Positions 47,856 to 59,933 of a stretch of DNA of 64,000 nucleotides are shown here, in pieces (the first letter of the stretch is position 1; every line of letters starts with the position of its first letter). The stretch is from Spirogloea muscicola (lineage: Eukaryota). Position numbers and translations under genes: made by a program. Location of the stretch: positions 1,229,361 to 1,293,360 of the forward strand of contig WELB01000011.1 in the NCBI GenBank assembly GCA_009602725.1. The letters run 5' to 3'. The notes below the pieces were generated by a model. The model did not search any database. It was not told the origin of the DNA and saw nothing but the letters and a program-made list of their open reading frames with translations.

Positions 47856-48221
47856 CCGGACGACCGAGGGTGTCTCCCTCATACCGCGCAGCCCGTCCCC
47901 CGGCAGCTTCCGGGCCGGGCCCCGCTCCGTCCCCCTCGCCCCGGGTGTTGGCGGGGCACCCAAGCCTCAGGAAAGCCAGCCGTGCGAGGCGCAGCGCTGC
48001 GCCGCCAGCCTCGGCTTGGCCCCGGCCGCACGGCACGCCCTCCCCGCCGAGCGAGCCCGCGGCCCTGCAGAGGCCATTTTTGGGCCTGTCCACCTGCAGC
48101 CGACGGCTGCGACGCTCTGCCGTCGTAGTCGCCTGTCGTGGAGCTCCCCGCCGTCGTGAATTGCTTTGCAAGTCCTGCTGTCGCTCCGCTTTCCTTCGCT
48201 CGCTCGCCTTGCTCCACAGCC

Positions 48222-50164
48222 ATGGGCCAGGCCTTCTGCTGCCTGCAAGTGGAGCAGGCGACTGTAGGCATTGTAGAGCAGTGTGGCAGCTTCAGCCACG
48301 TCTCGCAGCCGGGCTGTCACTTCCTGCCTTGGATTTGCGGCACAAACCTCGCCGGCGTGCTCAGTGTCCGCATCCAGCAGCTGGACGTGCGCTGTGAAAC
48401 CAAAACCAAGGTACCTGGTGGCCACTTTGGTTGACAAATGTGTCCTGCCTCTGTTGGTCACGCTTTAGTTCTGCCTCGTTGAGGGTCACTGGCCGCCCTT
48501 TTGCTGACCCCATGAGCGGAAAGGCCATAGAACTTGGCCGCAAGCGATGGGACTGCATCAGCCTGCGGCGAAGCGATAATACGTACTTAACCTGTTGACT
48601 GCATGTCCAGGATAATGTCTTCGTTAATGTGGTGGCATCAATACAATATCGGGTCATTCGCGAGAATGCCGTGGACGCCTTCTACAAGCTTACAAGTCCT
48701 CGCGAACAAATACAGGCATACGTGTTTGATGGTGAGTCACTTTAGCAAGCACTGGCCATCTGACGAGTGCAAGAACGTCAGGGTAGAAGTATGTCTTTAC
48801 CAATTTTGATCGTGGCCGTCTCTCCTGACTTGCCTTTTGCAGTGGTGCGGTCAAGTGTGCCAAAGATGAATCTGGATGCCGTCTTCGAGTCAAAGAATGA
48901 TGTTGCAAAGATTGTTGAAGAGGAGCTCGAGAAGGTGCCTACATGCCACTTATTCACAAAGCGGTCCTGCTCAGAGCGTTATTATTTCTTCGGAGCTTCT
49001 CAATACAGCAGAGCATGAAAGTTCTCGTGGGTTTACTAACTGTAACTGCAAGGGCATGCTTCGATTCTTCCTTCCACTCAGGCAGCTTCCAGTGGTCATG
49101 TTCCTCAGCGCTTGCCAGAATGTGGGGTTGTGCTGATCAAACTGTTGATTCCACAGGCAATGACCACTTACGGGTATGAGATTGTCCAGACTTTGATAGT
49201 GGACATTGAGCCTGATCAGACCGTGAAGCGTGCAATGAACGAGATCAATGCAGGCAAGCTCAACTTCGTGTCTGCTAGAGGAAGGACGCTGTACTTGCAT
49301 ATGCTGCATCTTCGGACCCACAAAATTAATATCCTGATTTAGCATGCGACAAAGAGGCACATTTGAGAACTGACACATGAGGTTGTACTTATAACACACA
49401 CATTGTGTTCTTGGCAGCTGTACGCTTGCGAGCTGCAGCAACTGAGAAAGGTGAGGCAGAGAAGGTACTACAGGTGAAAAAGGCGGAGGCAGAGGCAGAA
49501 TCCAAATATCTTGCTGGGCTCGGTATTGCAAGACAACGTCAGGTACGCTAGAAGATCTTTTAGGACTAAGCATCAATACCCTGTATGGGCATAAATGTAT
49601 TTGATGTCACCTTGTGCTGGAAAGAGACAACATCTATCTGACTTAGAAAGGGACACTTATAGTTATTTTTGATCACATGCTTGCTCCACTGGTATTAGGT
49701 TGATACTGCTCTCGGGGGTAGACTGTCCAGCTTCTTGATGCATTGGAATCTGCAAGTTGATGGTCCAGCTGATTTGACAAGCTTCGTTGTGTCTAAGCAG
49801 GCAATTGTAGATGGACTGCGTGAGAGCGTTCTGGCATTTTCTGGCAACGTTCCTGGTACAGCTCCAAAGGATGTCATGGAGATGGTGCTCATGACACAGT
49901 ATTTTGATACCATGAAGGATATAGGCACAAGCTCTAGGAATTCAACTATCTTTTTGCCTCATGGTCCAGCCAATGTTGCAGAGATTGCCAATCAGGTGAG
50001 CCACCTGCTTCAGACGGACTGAAAGATAGCTTCCCTCTTGTGCATGTCGACAAGCAGAAGCTGCACGTACAGCTTCAACTGGCATGATGCTTGACCTTGC
50101 ATTGTGCTGCTGTATGCAGGTCCGCTACGGGTTGACGCCGCCACCTCCTATGAAGTTTGAGTGA
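48222..50164 (+). CDS. HIR: Hypersensitive-induced response protein (band-7/SPFH family), copy 1; 7 exons
   Basis: [48 protein letters not shown]/..[16 protein letters not shown]/..[33 protein letters not shown]. Confidence 0.93.
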
Positions 50165-50569
50165 CAGTGCCCAGATTGGTCATCAGCAGAGGGATAAATG
50201 AGGCACTTAGGAGGTCACAGTACCAGGCAATGAACTTTTTTGCAAGCATGTACACTAAACACTTCACACTTGAATACTTTCATGCTCTTGAGCTTTTCCT
50301 GTCTTTTTGCAATAGTCATCATACAGGCATGATAGAATGTAGACGGGCACCATGTGATACACTGAGAGTCATGAAGAAGCTCCTCCCTCTCGTTGGCACA
50401 TTATGAAACAATTTGAATACCGAGATTCTTCATGAGGCGTCAGCGTGAGGATTGCACTGGGTTGAAGACATGGGGCAAGGCGGCGCTGGTTGACGGGGTC
50501 AAGAGTTATGCAAGGCTTGTGGGCTGTGGGCTCATGTTCAGGAGTATGATGGGCCTAGCCATCCCTAGC

Positions 50570-51110
50570 CCCTTCAAACCTTGTTCATTCTTTTTCATGG
50601 GCTGGCCTCTCCCAGCCACCGCCCTCTCTTGGAAAGAACTGCTCACCCATGGAGAAGTGGGGCTGGCAAAGCCAGCCCAAAAGAATGGACAATGTATAAA
50701 GCCAAAGAGAGAGGTACCGAAAAGGACTACTACCAAACACGACAACCCACTAGTGAAGCTCAGTACCCGCGAGTGAGCAACATCAGGTCGGAGTAGCTCG
50801 TTGCCTGGAAGGAGGCACTCGGCCGAGACCCGTAGGCGGCGGCCAGAGCACGTCCTGCATTGTCCATCATTTTTGAGCTGGCTTTGCCAGCCCCTCTTCT
50901 CTACGGGCGAGCACTTCTCTCGAAGGGGATGCTCAAGGCCTGCGCGCGTGTGGACTGCGTGGGCAAGGGAGTGTTGGAGCGATACCGCCAGGCGCACGCG
51001 GAAGACATGGGCGAGCGAACCGGCGGCGTTGTTAGAGGCGTCATTCTCATCTAGCCATCGCAGCATTGCAAAGCACAAGGCTCAAAAGAGCGGCTGTAAT
51101 ACCAGCCAGG
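50570..51110. mobile_element. Cluster of CRE-like fragments between the HIR copies
   Basis: Family G/F UTRs; minus-strand SDLMLLTRGY* (~50760-50795) and AAGSLAHVFRVRLAVSLQHSLAHAVH (50940-51030). Confidence 0.75.
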
Positions 51111-51399
51111 TGCATAACAGAGGGTGTTCATAACTGCTATGTGCGGACATAATGCGGCGGTCGGGGTTACAAAAGCCCAAGCTCGGCAGGGTGACGTGGG
51201 AAGACGTGAAGAAAGTGGTCCGGACGGCGCGGACCATGTGGGCAAAGCGACACATAGGATGGGCCCACCTCGGCGGCCCGTCAGCTTCTACAACGCAGCA
51301 GCGGCTGACTAGGCGTGGCACCGTCAGCGGCAGCCCCCCCGGCGCCGCTCGCCGCCGCCGCCGCGGCGGCCGCGTCGCCCGGCTCCCGCGGGCGCCGCC

Positions 51400-53803
51400 A
51401 TGGGCCAGGCGTGCTGCGTGCTGCGCGTGGAGCAGTCCACCGTCGGCTTCGTCGAGCGCTTCGGCCGGTACAGTCACGTGGCGCAGCCGGGGTGCCACTG
51501 CCTCTGCTGGCCCTGCGGCGTCTCGCTCGCCGGCCTCCTCAGCATGCGCATCCAGCAGCTCGACGTGCGCTGCGAAACCAAGACCAAGGTGCGAGGCGCG
51601 CCGCCCCCGCAAACGCCGCATCGAGGCTTCCTTTCCGCTATCCTTTTGGCAACTAATGCCTGCAGTGAGCTCGCTTGCTGATTGTTGCACAATCTTCAGA
51701 CCAGCTCTTGTACAGCACACGCACAAAGCGAGCAGAATATTCATGACACAATTGTTTGAGTGGTTATTACTTTAGCAGTGGCGGAGTCTTTGTCGCGCAC
51801 AGAGTGTGAAAAGCGCCTCACAGAGCTCTTGGTTTGGCTGGTCTGAAGATTGTTGCACAATCTTCAGACCAGCTCTTGTACAGCACACGCACAAAGCGAG
51901 CAGAATATTCATGACATAATTGTGTGAGTGGTTATTACTTTAGCAGTGGCGGAGTCTTTGTCGCGCACAGAGTGTGAAAAGCGCCTCACAGAGCTCTTGG
52001 TTTGGCATCCTGCGCGTAGGACAATGTCTTTGTCAACGTGGTGGCCTCGGTGCAGTACCGCGTCAGTCGAGACAACGAGGTGGATGCCTACTACAAGTTG
52101 ACAAGCCCAAAAGAGCAAATTCAGGCCTACGTCTTTGACGGTGAGCATGCAACTGCAGTGTGGCTGGTCATGGGCGGTACAACACAAGCCTTCTCAATGA
52201 TGAGTGCAAAGCTCTACCAATATTAGAGTTTTCTTGTCTGTCTTAAGCAAACTCTGCTTGCTGAGGAGACACGAGCAGTGTATGCGAAGCGAAGGCTGGT
52301 CATGCTTAGCAATAAATGGCTTGTGGAATTAGCAATGAGATTGTCAGCTACACCATCAGAATGTGTCATATCTACTAATTTCAGCTGCCATCCTCTTGTG
52401 CTTTGGCAGTGGTGCGTGCCAGTGTTCCAAAGATGAACCTGGACTCAGTCTTTGAATCGAAGAATGACATTGCCAAGGTTGTAGAGGATGAGTTGGAGAA
52501 GGTAAACAGCATCACTTCTCTCTTACACTAGACGGAGGAGAATGACATGGCTTTCTATTGCTGAATGTGGTACTGTAGATCCAGCAGGAGACAATGCAGA
52601 GGAAGCCTCTGCGGTGTGGTCAAGTGAAGCATAGCTTTCCTGAGGCACTCTGACTGGCCAAGCAAGTCGCTTAAGCAAGCCAAAGGTATCCTGCTGACTG
52701 CAAATTGTATGCCTAATGCGGCAGGCAATGGCAACTTATGGTTACGAGATTGTCCAGACACTCATTGTTGACATAGAGCCCGATCAAACTGTGAAGCGCG
52801 CCATGAACGAGATCAATGCAGGTGCACTGATGACTATCCAGTCATTTGACCTACTATGTGATGGTGCTACTCAAGCAAACTTGAGCTACTCAAGCAAAGC
52901 TTGCTTGAGAATCCAAGAGAATTTGGCAGGGGTCCTTGAGAGTAGAGCAGGTGTTGCCCTGAATAAACAAGACTGCAGGTTGAAGATTGATGTTTGTGAA
53001 TGTTTATAGCTGTGCGATTACGAGCTGCTGCTATGGAGAAGGGTGAGGCGGAGAAGGTCTTGCAAGTGAAGCGAGCGGAAGCCGAAGCTGAGGCTTAATA
53101 TCTCTCTGGCTTGGGAATCGCACGTCAACGTCAGGTAAATATGGATCCAACATAGAAAGGCCAGAACCACATAAGTGGCACACTCTGCTACTTTATGCAG
53201 TGCGCGGGCTGGTACTGTTCATTAGGTTGATGATATAAAGGCAGCATGAGCAGGTCAGACTTGCTTCAAGTTCACAACACCTTGCTGACATTTGAAATCA
53301 AGCCTGTCACTTGACCTGGTGTGCCTGACTGCCACAGTTGATGATAATTGTGGTGCTTTCAGGCCATTGTTGATGGACTGCGAGAGAGTGTTTTGGCTTT
53401 TTCTGGCAACGTGCCAGGAACTGGGCCCAAAGATGTAATGGAGATGGTGCTCATGACTCAGTACTTTGACACCATGAAAGAAATTGGCAGTCACTCTAAG
53501 AATTCTACCCTCTTCTTACCACATGGACCAGCAAATGTTGCTGAGATAGCCAATCAGGTAAGTACAGTACACTGGCGCTGCACAATCTTTTGGTCTTGGG
53601 AGGTCGCTAGGCAGACTCTGCGATTGCCCACATTTTGCCAGAGACTATGCAGTTTCCAGATTTCATTTGGATGCACAATTTGAGCAACCCTTCAAGCAAC
53701 CCATAAACCCTCACAGTCTACTAAGCTAAATTGAGCCAACTGCTTGCAGGTCCGCTATGGTCTTACGCCTCCCCCAAGTATGGCCGAGATGAAGGCTGAC
53801 TGA
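51400..53803 (+). pseudogene. HIR: HIR/band-7 copy 2 with an in-frame TAA at 53096-53098 (young pseudogene, null allele or base-call error)
   Basis: Same seven exons as copy 1; [16 protein letters not shown] versus [17 protein letters not shown]. Confidence 0.7.
51680..52006. repeat. Tandem duplication of 159 bp (period 168) in HIR2 intron 1
   Basis: 51680-51838 versus 51848-52006; 2 mismatches seen. Confidence 0.95.
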
Positions 53804-54540
53804 CATATATGAGGCTTATCAGGCAACTTATGAGGCTGTTGCAGTTGTGTAGCATTGGTGCACAGCTGAGTAGTGCAGACTAGTGCAGCTTAGCCCTCCA
53901 TTATAACACCTGCTGAGCAAGGGTGGTGTATCTACTTTTAAAGATTGACTAGTCAAAGATTGACTAGTCAGCTTAGGAGGCAATTTGTGGCACACTAGTG
54001 CCTTGATTGTACCACTTGTATATTCATACTGATGTCATAGGTTGTCAACGAATCACCTCAACTACAATCAGGTATTGGCTTCTCGTTAGCTGTTCCAAGG
54101 TTAACAATTACTTCACTTACCCAGCCAATGGAAGTAAAGTCTGGCCTCCTACGGGACAGCTGTCCACAGGCTACTTTCTCGAGTATCATCAGGCTCATGA
54201 TGCACAAAGAGCTACTAAAAGAATCAGCTCAATTCAAATCCCTTGGTAGTATATTGTGTTGTAGAGGAAGAAGCAGTATTATTGCCTTTAGGGCTTCCTT
54301 ACATTAGTTCAACCAACAGTAGGGCTTGGCTAGGCAGATAGCGCCACGTTGACCTTCACATACAGTGTGGCAATGCAGTGGCAGAGCAGGCAAAGCTAGG
54401 ACCACGTCCCATTATTGCCGACAGCCCCGTTGACATAATTGTCCAGGATGTGGTCCAGTAGATGCAATTATATACAGGCCAAGAAGCTTGCTTCCAGGTC
54501 AGAGGCCTAGAGCAGCCCTGCTATGAGATTAGCGCACTGG

Positions 54541-55211
54541 TCAATCCTCGTCAAATGTTATGTGCCGTGACTGGGTGCAGCCAGGAGCCTCTTCGCTCTC
54601 GGCCCCACAGCAGTCATAGAACCTCGCGGCATATGGCCCCTCTCCGTCCTTCAGCTCGTAGTACCTGTTGCCGCTTCAGTCAGCCATCAGGCCCAGCAAA
54701 GACAAAGACAGGACAGCGAGCAGCTCCCTTCAGAGCCCGCTGGCGTTTGTGACTCACCTGCGCTACCGGGTTACAAAGAAGCTGCTCCTGTGGCGTAAAC
54801 CCATAGCAAGGTCTCAAGAAATTTACCTCATACCTATATAAAGACCTGAGTAATCCATGTCTGATACAGTGTCGGGCTGTGAGTGTTGGCCGTCTACTGT
54901 TCGATCTTCACCATGGCTGCCAAGCAGCATCACTACTAGACTGGCTGAATAGCAGGGTTGCTCAGATTGGACGATTGCCGAAGCAGCGCTAAGTCTCTCT
55001 CCTTACGGACGGCATTGTAAGCCCTCGAGTATCTCAAAGGAGAGTGCTGTCGCTGTGGGATCGGAGAGGCCGTGGTGAGGGCCCACCGTTTCTGGTCGTC
55101 GTGCCGTCGGCAGACAAACAGGCCCCGGTGGTAGGCGCATGCGGCCACTTCATTCTGATGCGGGTCAAACTGCCGCTTGCACCTCCGGCACAGCCGCGTA
55201 CTCGCGCTCAT
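54541..55211 (-). CDS. Small Cys/His-rich (putative zinc-binding) protein; exons 55211-55087 and 54664-54541
   Basis: MSASTRLCRRCKRQFD..CAYHRGLFVCRRHDDQKR/YYELKDGEGPYAARFYDCCGAESEEAPGCTQSRHITFDED*; GT-AG intron keeps the frame. Confidence 0.8.
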
Positions 55212-56907
55212 CACGAGGGCACGCGTGATGGACGCGTCTCCAGGCCGAAGGAGGGGGACGGGGTATGTGAGGAAAGCAGCAGCGGGACGCTGCCACCGTG
55301 GTCGCGGCTGTGCTGCACCAACTAAGTTGTGGGGCTCAGGGCTGGCGGTGTAACGCGAGCTCTTGGGCCAGAGCCGAGGAGCCTTGGACTCGAGAGCACG
55401 GCGGACCACGAGCTCGGGAAGCGGCAGCTGTAGCGGGAGGTGGAGCCGCTCACGGAAGCTCAGCAGGGGCGCAGGCAACCCGCTCAACAGTGTACCACAA
55501 CAGCGAAGCGACTAACGGCCCACGCTCGACGCCGACCGCCAGAAGCGCGTTAGCGCAACGAAGGAAGCCCATCTTAATTTTAGTGTGACTATTGCTTGTG
55601 AGCTAGATATGCTTCGAGACTTTAAGATCAAGTGTTGTTTGGACTTTGACCTAGTTTGTCACTGTTTTCCACTGTTGGATGCGATTAATGTCGGGCAGGG
55701 TTGTCAACCTGGACGCTTCGAGTAGTACAGGTCTGGTTGACACTGCTATATCTCTGCCTGTGGTACCCTGAATCCTTTGTGGCTGCAGTCATTCCTGTCT
55801 CGTCGGTTCCCCGCTTTTGGAGGTGAAACAGCCTGGCATCAGGAGATCAGCCCAGATTTTACGGTACACAAGGAGGGACTTCCTTAGCCGAAGTCAAAGA
55901 TCACTTTTCAGCAAAATTGTGTGAGTGTAGCCTACAAGGTTGCCTTGTGAGACGCGAGCAGAACTTAACAATGCTTTCGAAGCATTTTGTGGGAAACGCT
56001 GGAGATATGTACAGCGGGTCAAACAGGATGTCTTAACCAAAAGAACGCCCATTGCACGATCAGCTTCTGTGGCAGAGATATTGGCAGGGCCTCAACGCGG
56101 TGAAGACCCTGTAGATGGAATCTTCAGGCTGTTCTCCAAGCATTTTCCCGAAGACACAATCAGGTACAACAGGACCTCTTCAGATTTGATCGTGAAGCTG
56201 AAGAAGTACAACAGCCTGCTATTTCGCTATCTTAGGCTGATAGAGAAGTCTCTTAGAACGTTCAGTCAACAGGACTTGGCGGCGTAATTCTGCAAATACT
56301 AGCAGGAAAGGTAATATTGCATGTCCAGAATCTGCTACTGATGTGAAGGCAACAGCTCAATAAGCTGCAGTATGTCCTTGACGATGTGTATGAGGTCATG
56401 TGGAGAAGGAGTCCGAGGACTTCACGGCAACGTTGACGGGACCGTGGCTCTCGGTGCCACCATGGCATACAGCGCGGTCCAACCGGCAGCTAGGTGCTAG
56501 CAGGACGTAGTGTGGTCCGTGGCCAACCTGATGGCCACTTCTCCGTCCGTGAGGTTCTCACATACGGGAGGACGAGCATGGGTGCAACAGGCGGATCTCG
56601 TCAAAGTGTACGCCAGCAGCATCGAGCAGGCGGCAGCGGTCCTGAAAGTACTTCCCGTGCCGGCCGCAGAGCATGATTAACGCCACAGGCGGTGATGCGG
56701 GCTCTGGGCGGCGCCAGTTCGGTGGCCTGGCTCGCTGCCTGTTAGGCGGCAGCCTACGACTACGGAATGGTAGATGCAGGGGCGTACCCGGCCATGACCC
56801 CGGCCCCGGACGAGCACTGGCTAGCGGCTCGTCCGGACCCCCCGGCCAAGCACTGTGTAGAAGCGTACGAGTGGCCGCTTCTTGCGGCCACTCTAGAAGG
56901 GGGCCAC

Positions 56908-56996
56908 TCCCTGGCCCCCTTCTCGTACTCTGTTCATTCTTTTTTGAGCTGGCTTTTCCAGCTCCTATCCTCAATGGCGGAGCACTTTCTTCTTTC
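56908..56996 (+). mobile_element. CRE-like family C 3' end
   Basis: CCCTGGCCCCCTTCTCGTACTCTGTTCATTC..AGCACTTTCTTC. Confidence 0.75.
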
Positions 56997-57667
56997 TTGC
57001 GGGCTTGGGCCACAATGGGCAGGTGGTGCTGCGTGCGGAGACCATCACCGATGAGCGCGTGGCTATACTAGCAGCCCTAATCATGACGGCAGCCTAGGCA
57101 TGCCGCAGCGTGCGCCTGGGCAGCCATCGCTGCCTTCAATACGCAGACCTGCCTGGGGAGGGGTTACCGGCATCGCTTTTATCATGCCTGCTGGGATCAC
57201 AACGGCGGCAGAGCGTGCTTCGTTTGCCACTAACGGCTGGCGGACCCTTTTGCCTGAGGCGATGACGTACCAGGGCATCTGTGCTGTGCTGTCCTCCTAC
57301 GTGGTGCAGTACGCGGCACAGGACGCTGATAACGCGTCCACTGTTGTACAGCTGTTCAGTGCAGCCGTCCTCGGCGCACCTGCAGATGCGTCTACTGCCC
57401 TGCGCACAATCGTGCTGCCCCGGTCTTTCGGGTTGCAGGTGCTGGTGGGCGAGCTGCTGGCTCCTGCCCTGGACCTGTCCTCATATGCGCCGGCCGACGC
57501 CATATTGCCGCGCACCGGAGCAGACTGCGGCTGGTGTTGCCCTGGGCACGGTAGCCTTACTGGGTGCTGCGCTTGCGACAGCCTGAGAAGCAGGGGCCGA
57601 CCCTTGTGGTGTGTCGCGGAGCGATCTAGCTGCCGCCGACCTTTTCCAGGAGGTTGGTGGAGCCGGA

Positions 57668-58560
57668 GAGAATGCGTGTGTATTAAGAGATGGAGTGCCA
57701 AGTACAGTGGCAAGCACATTGACAAATGTACGTCACCTGCTGCTAAGCTGACCCGCTCAGTAACCACGAGTCGGCGCATAGGTCGCTAATTGATGCCTGA
57801 ATACCGGACGGCAATCGACAAGCTCTTGAGCTACCAGCTAAGGCTCGACAAGCTTTCTGATGCAACGCATGAGCCTGAGCTCGCTGCAGACAAGCTGACA
57901 CTCGACTACGCAAGAATGACAAGTAGGCTGCCGGCATGCTCATCTGAGCTGGAAGCATATCCTCACGTCGAGCGTGTCCCAAGCTTGCATTTTTGCAGTA
58001 AGGTGTGGAAGCGAGGGCCAATGCAGCCAAAAGTGTTGATTGCCGCCGGTAGGAGGTGATCGCTGCGGGGGTAGTCAGAGTAGTGTTAGAGATTTCTCTG
58101 CTCAGCACCTCTTACTGCATGGCCAGCAGTGTGCGTCGAAGCGGAACTCTTGTATGCCTCCGGCACCACCACATCCACCAAGGCGCGTGGGCCACCGCCA
58201 GGTTGTACACCCACAATGTCCAGGTCGCGACGGTGATAGCGTCCTTGGGTATCTGTGGTGAAGGGCATTACAGTGCTTACTTCCACAATGGCGCGGTAGC
58301 CGGCGTCGCGCATCAGGCCCGCCAGGGTGTCCCGTTGAAGGTTATGGACGCCCACCACCTCCGGGCCTGTTGGACACCGCAGCATGTGGGTGGCAAGCTC
58401 TCCGCCCTCTGCACAGAAGCCGCACTCACACTGAGTTCCTCCAATCAGGCAGGTCGGGGGTTGGCCGAGGAACAGCTGAAGAAGCGTCCGGAATGCCTCG
58501 GGGCTGATTCTGAAAGCGTTGTGGATGGCGTGCGTTGTGGAGCAGTCCGTTGCCCCCGTC
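57668..58560 (-). mobile_element. 5'-truncated, decayed CRE-like LINE, family B, with zinc knuckle and endonuclease
   Basis: AFRTLLQLFLG..QCECG..HMLRC..HNLQRD..RRDLDIV..ALVDVV..AEQR. Confidence 0.88.
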
Positions 58561-59229
58561 TCCCGGAGGAGAGGCGCAGCTCCTAGCACGCGTGTTGAGG
58601 CGCGGTTACGGCCTACATGCGCCACTTGACAAGAATCTGGGCCCTCAAAGCTGGGCGAGCGCCCTCGCCCCGCCTGTCAGTATTGCGCCGCACCACCTCC
58701 AGACAGAGGCAACGTGCCTGGCCTTGTTTGGGTGTGGCGCCACACCCAATGTGCATGCATTGAAGGAAAAGCCGGCTCTGGCCTACTTTGTCAAGACTGG
58801 ATACGGCAATAAGCTGCGACCGGGGGGACTGTCGCATATGTGCCGTGTCAGTGGTTGCGCGGTCGCTCGGGCTCCCAGCACCGGCGCCAACCTACTATCT
58901 GAAAGCCTCGGCCCTAGACAACAAGCCAAACGCCGAAGATTGCTGGTCTGCGGCAGGCACCAATGAGAGCGCCGCAGCTGCTACGGCGCTGGAGGCGCTC
59001 AACGTGCAGTTCCCGGGCGCGTTTGGAGTGCCACTGGCCTTCATCGGCTGTGCTCTCCCCTCCTACCTTCGAGCCTAGCGGCGAGTTTGAGGTGACGTGC
59101 ACTTAACGTCCACGTCGGCAACGGCGGCTAGGGCCTTGCAGCAGGCAGTCGACCCCTCCCAATGGGCGCTGGCGTGCGAAAGCCACTGATATGTTTCGGC
59201 CACTTGACGCAGGCGGAAACCCCCCCCTC

Positions 59230-59406
59230 CCATTTGTCAATGTGCTTGCCTTTGCTTGGCCACACATGGCCCTCCATCTCTTTATACACACGCATTCTCC
59301 TCCCAGTAGCACCCCCTCGTATTTTGCGCCTTCCAGCCCTTTCTGATTATTCCCTTTGGACTGGCCTCTCACAGCCATTGCCATATATTTAGAAGAGCTG
59401 GTTCTC
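59230..59406 (+). mobile_element. Family B and family G 3'-UTR fragments
   Basis: CATTTGTCAATGTGCTTGCCTTTG..GGCCACACATGGCC; TTTGGACTGGCCTCTCACAGCCATTGCC. Confidence 0.7.
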
Positions 59407-59933
59407 AGTGTCGGGCACACGACCACATATCTTCAGTCGTGTGAAAGCACCCTTGTGCGGTGAGGTCTGCAGGCCTGCCATAGGATGCTGCTCAAGGCAG
59501 CGGCCTAATCTTGCTGCCATGCAGTCATCTACAGAATATGCTCTGCTCAGAGATTGTCAAGCTTTTGCAAGTGGAAAAAAACGCCTCAGCAGTGGGAGGT
59601 CTTAAAAGAGGCACAACTGAGCTAGAGCGAGTGAGGCACGAGCCGAGACCACGTTGCATTTGGCTGACACAAACTCAGCAAGCCCAAAATACAGGGGAGT
59701 GCACTCATGAAGAAGAGTGAATCTTGCGAGCTTCCTGTACAACCGAGCCTCTGCAGTGAGGTAAGCCGTCTTGTCTATCTCCTTACCCAGGATATTGCAT
59801 GTGCCGCTCCTCTTCCCGAGGATCGAGTCAAACTGGCAGGGCATGGGCATCCTCCAGTTTTCCGAAGAACTATGCCTATCTGAAGCTACTCAACCGCCTA
59901 GCCAACAATCTTCCTCCTCTGCACCCCAAGGAG

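Noticed and set aside
53096..53098. TAA reassignment to a sense codon
   Set aside because: TAA terminates other genes here (LptB-like, CDC123), and no other in-frame TAA was seen in conserved exons.
55623..55635. TAAGATCAAGTGT, resembling the U2 snRNA 5' region
   Set aside because: Only 13 nt match and the flanks do not continue the U2 sequence.
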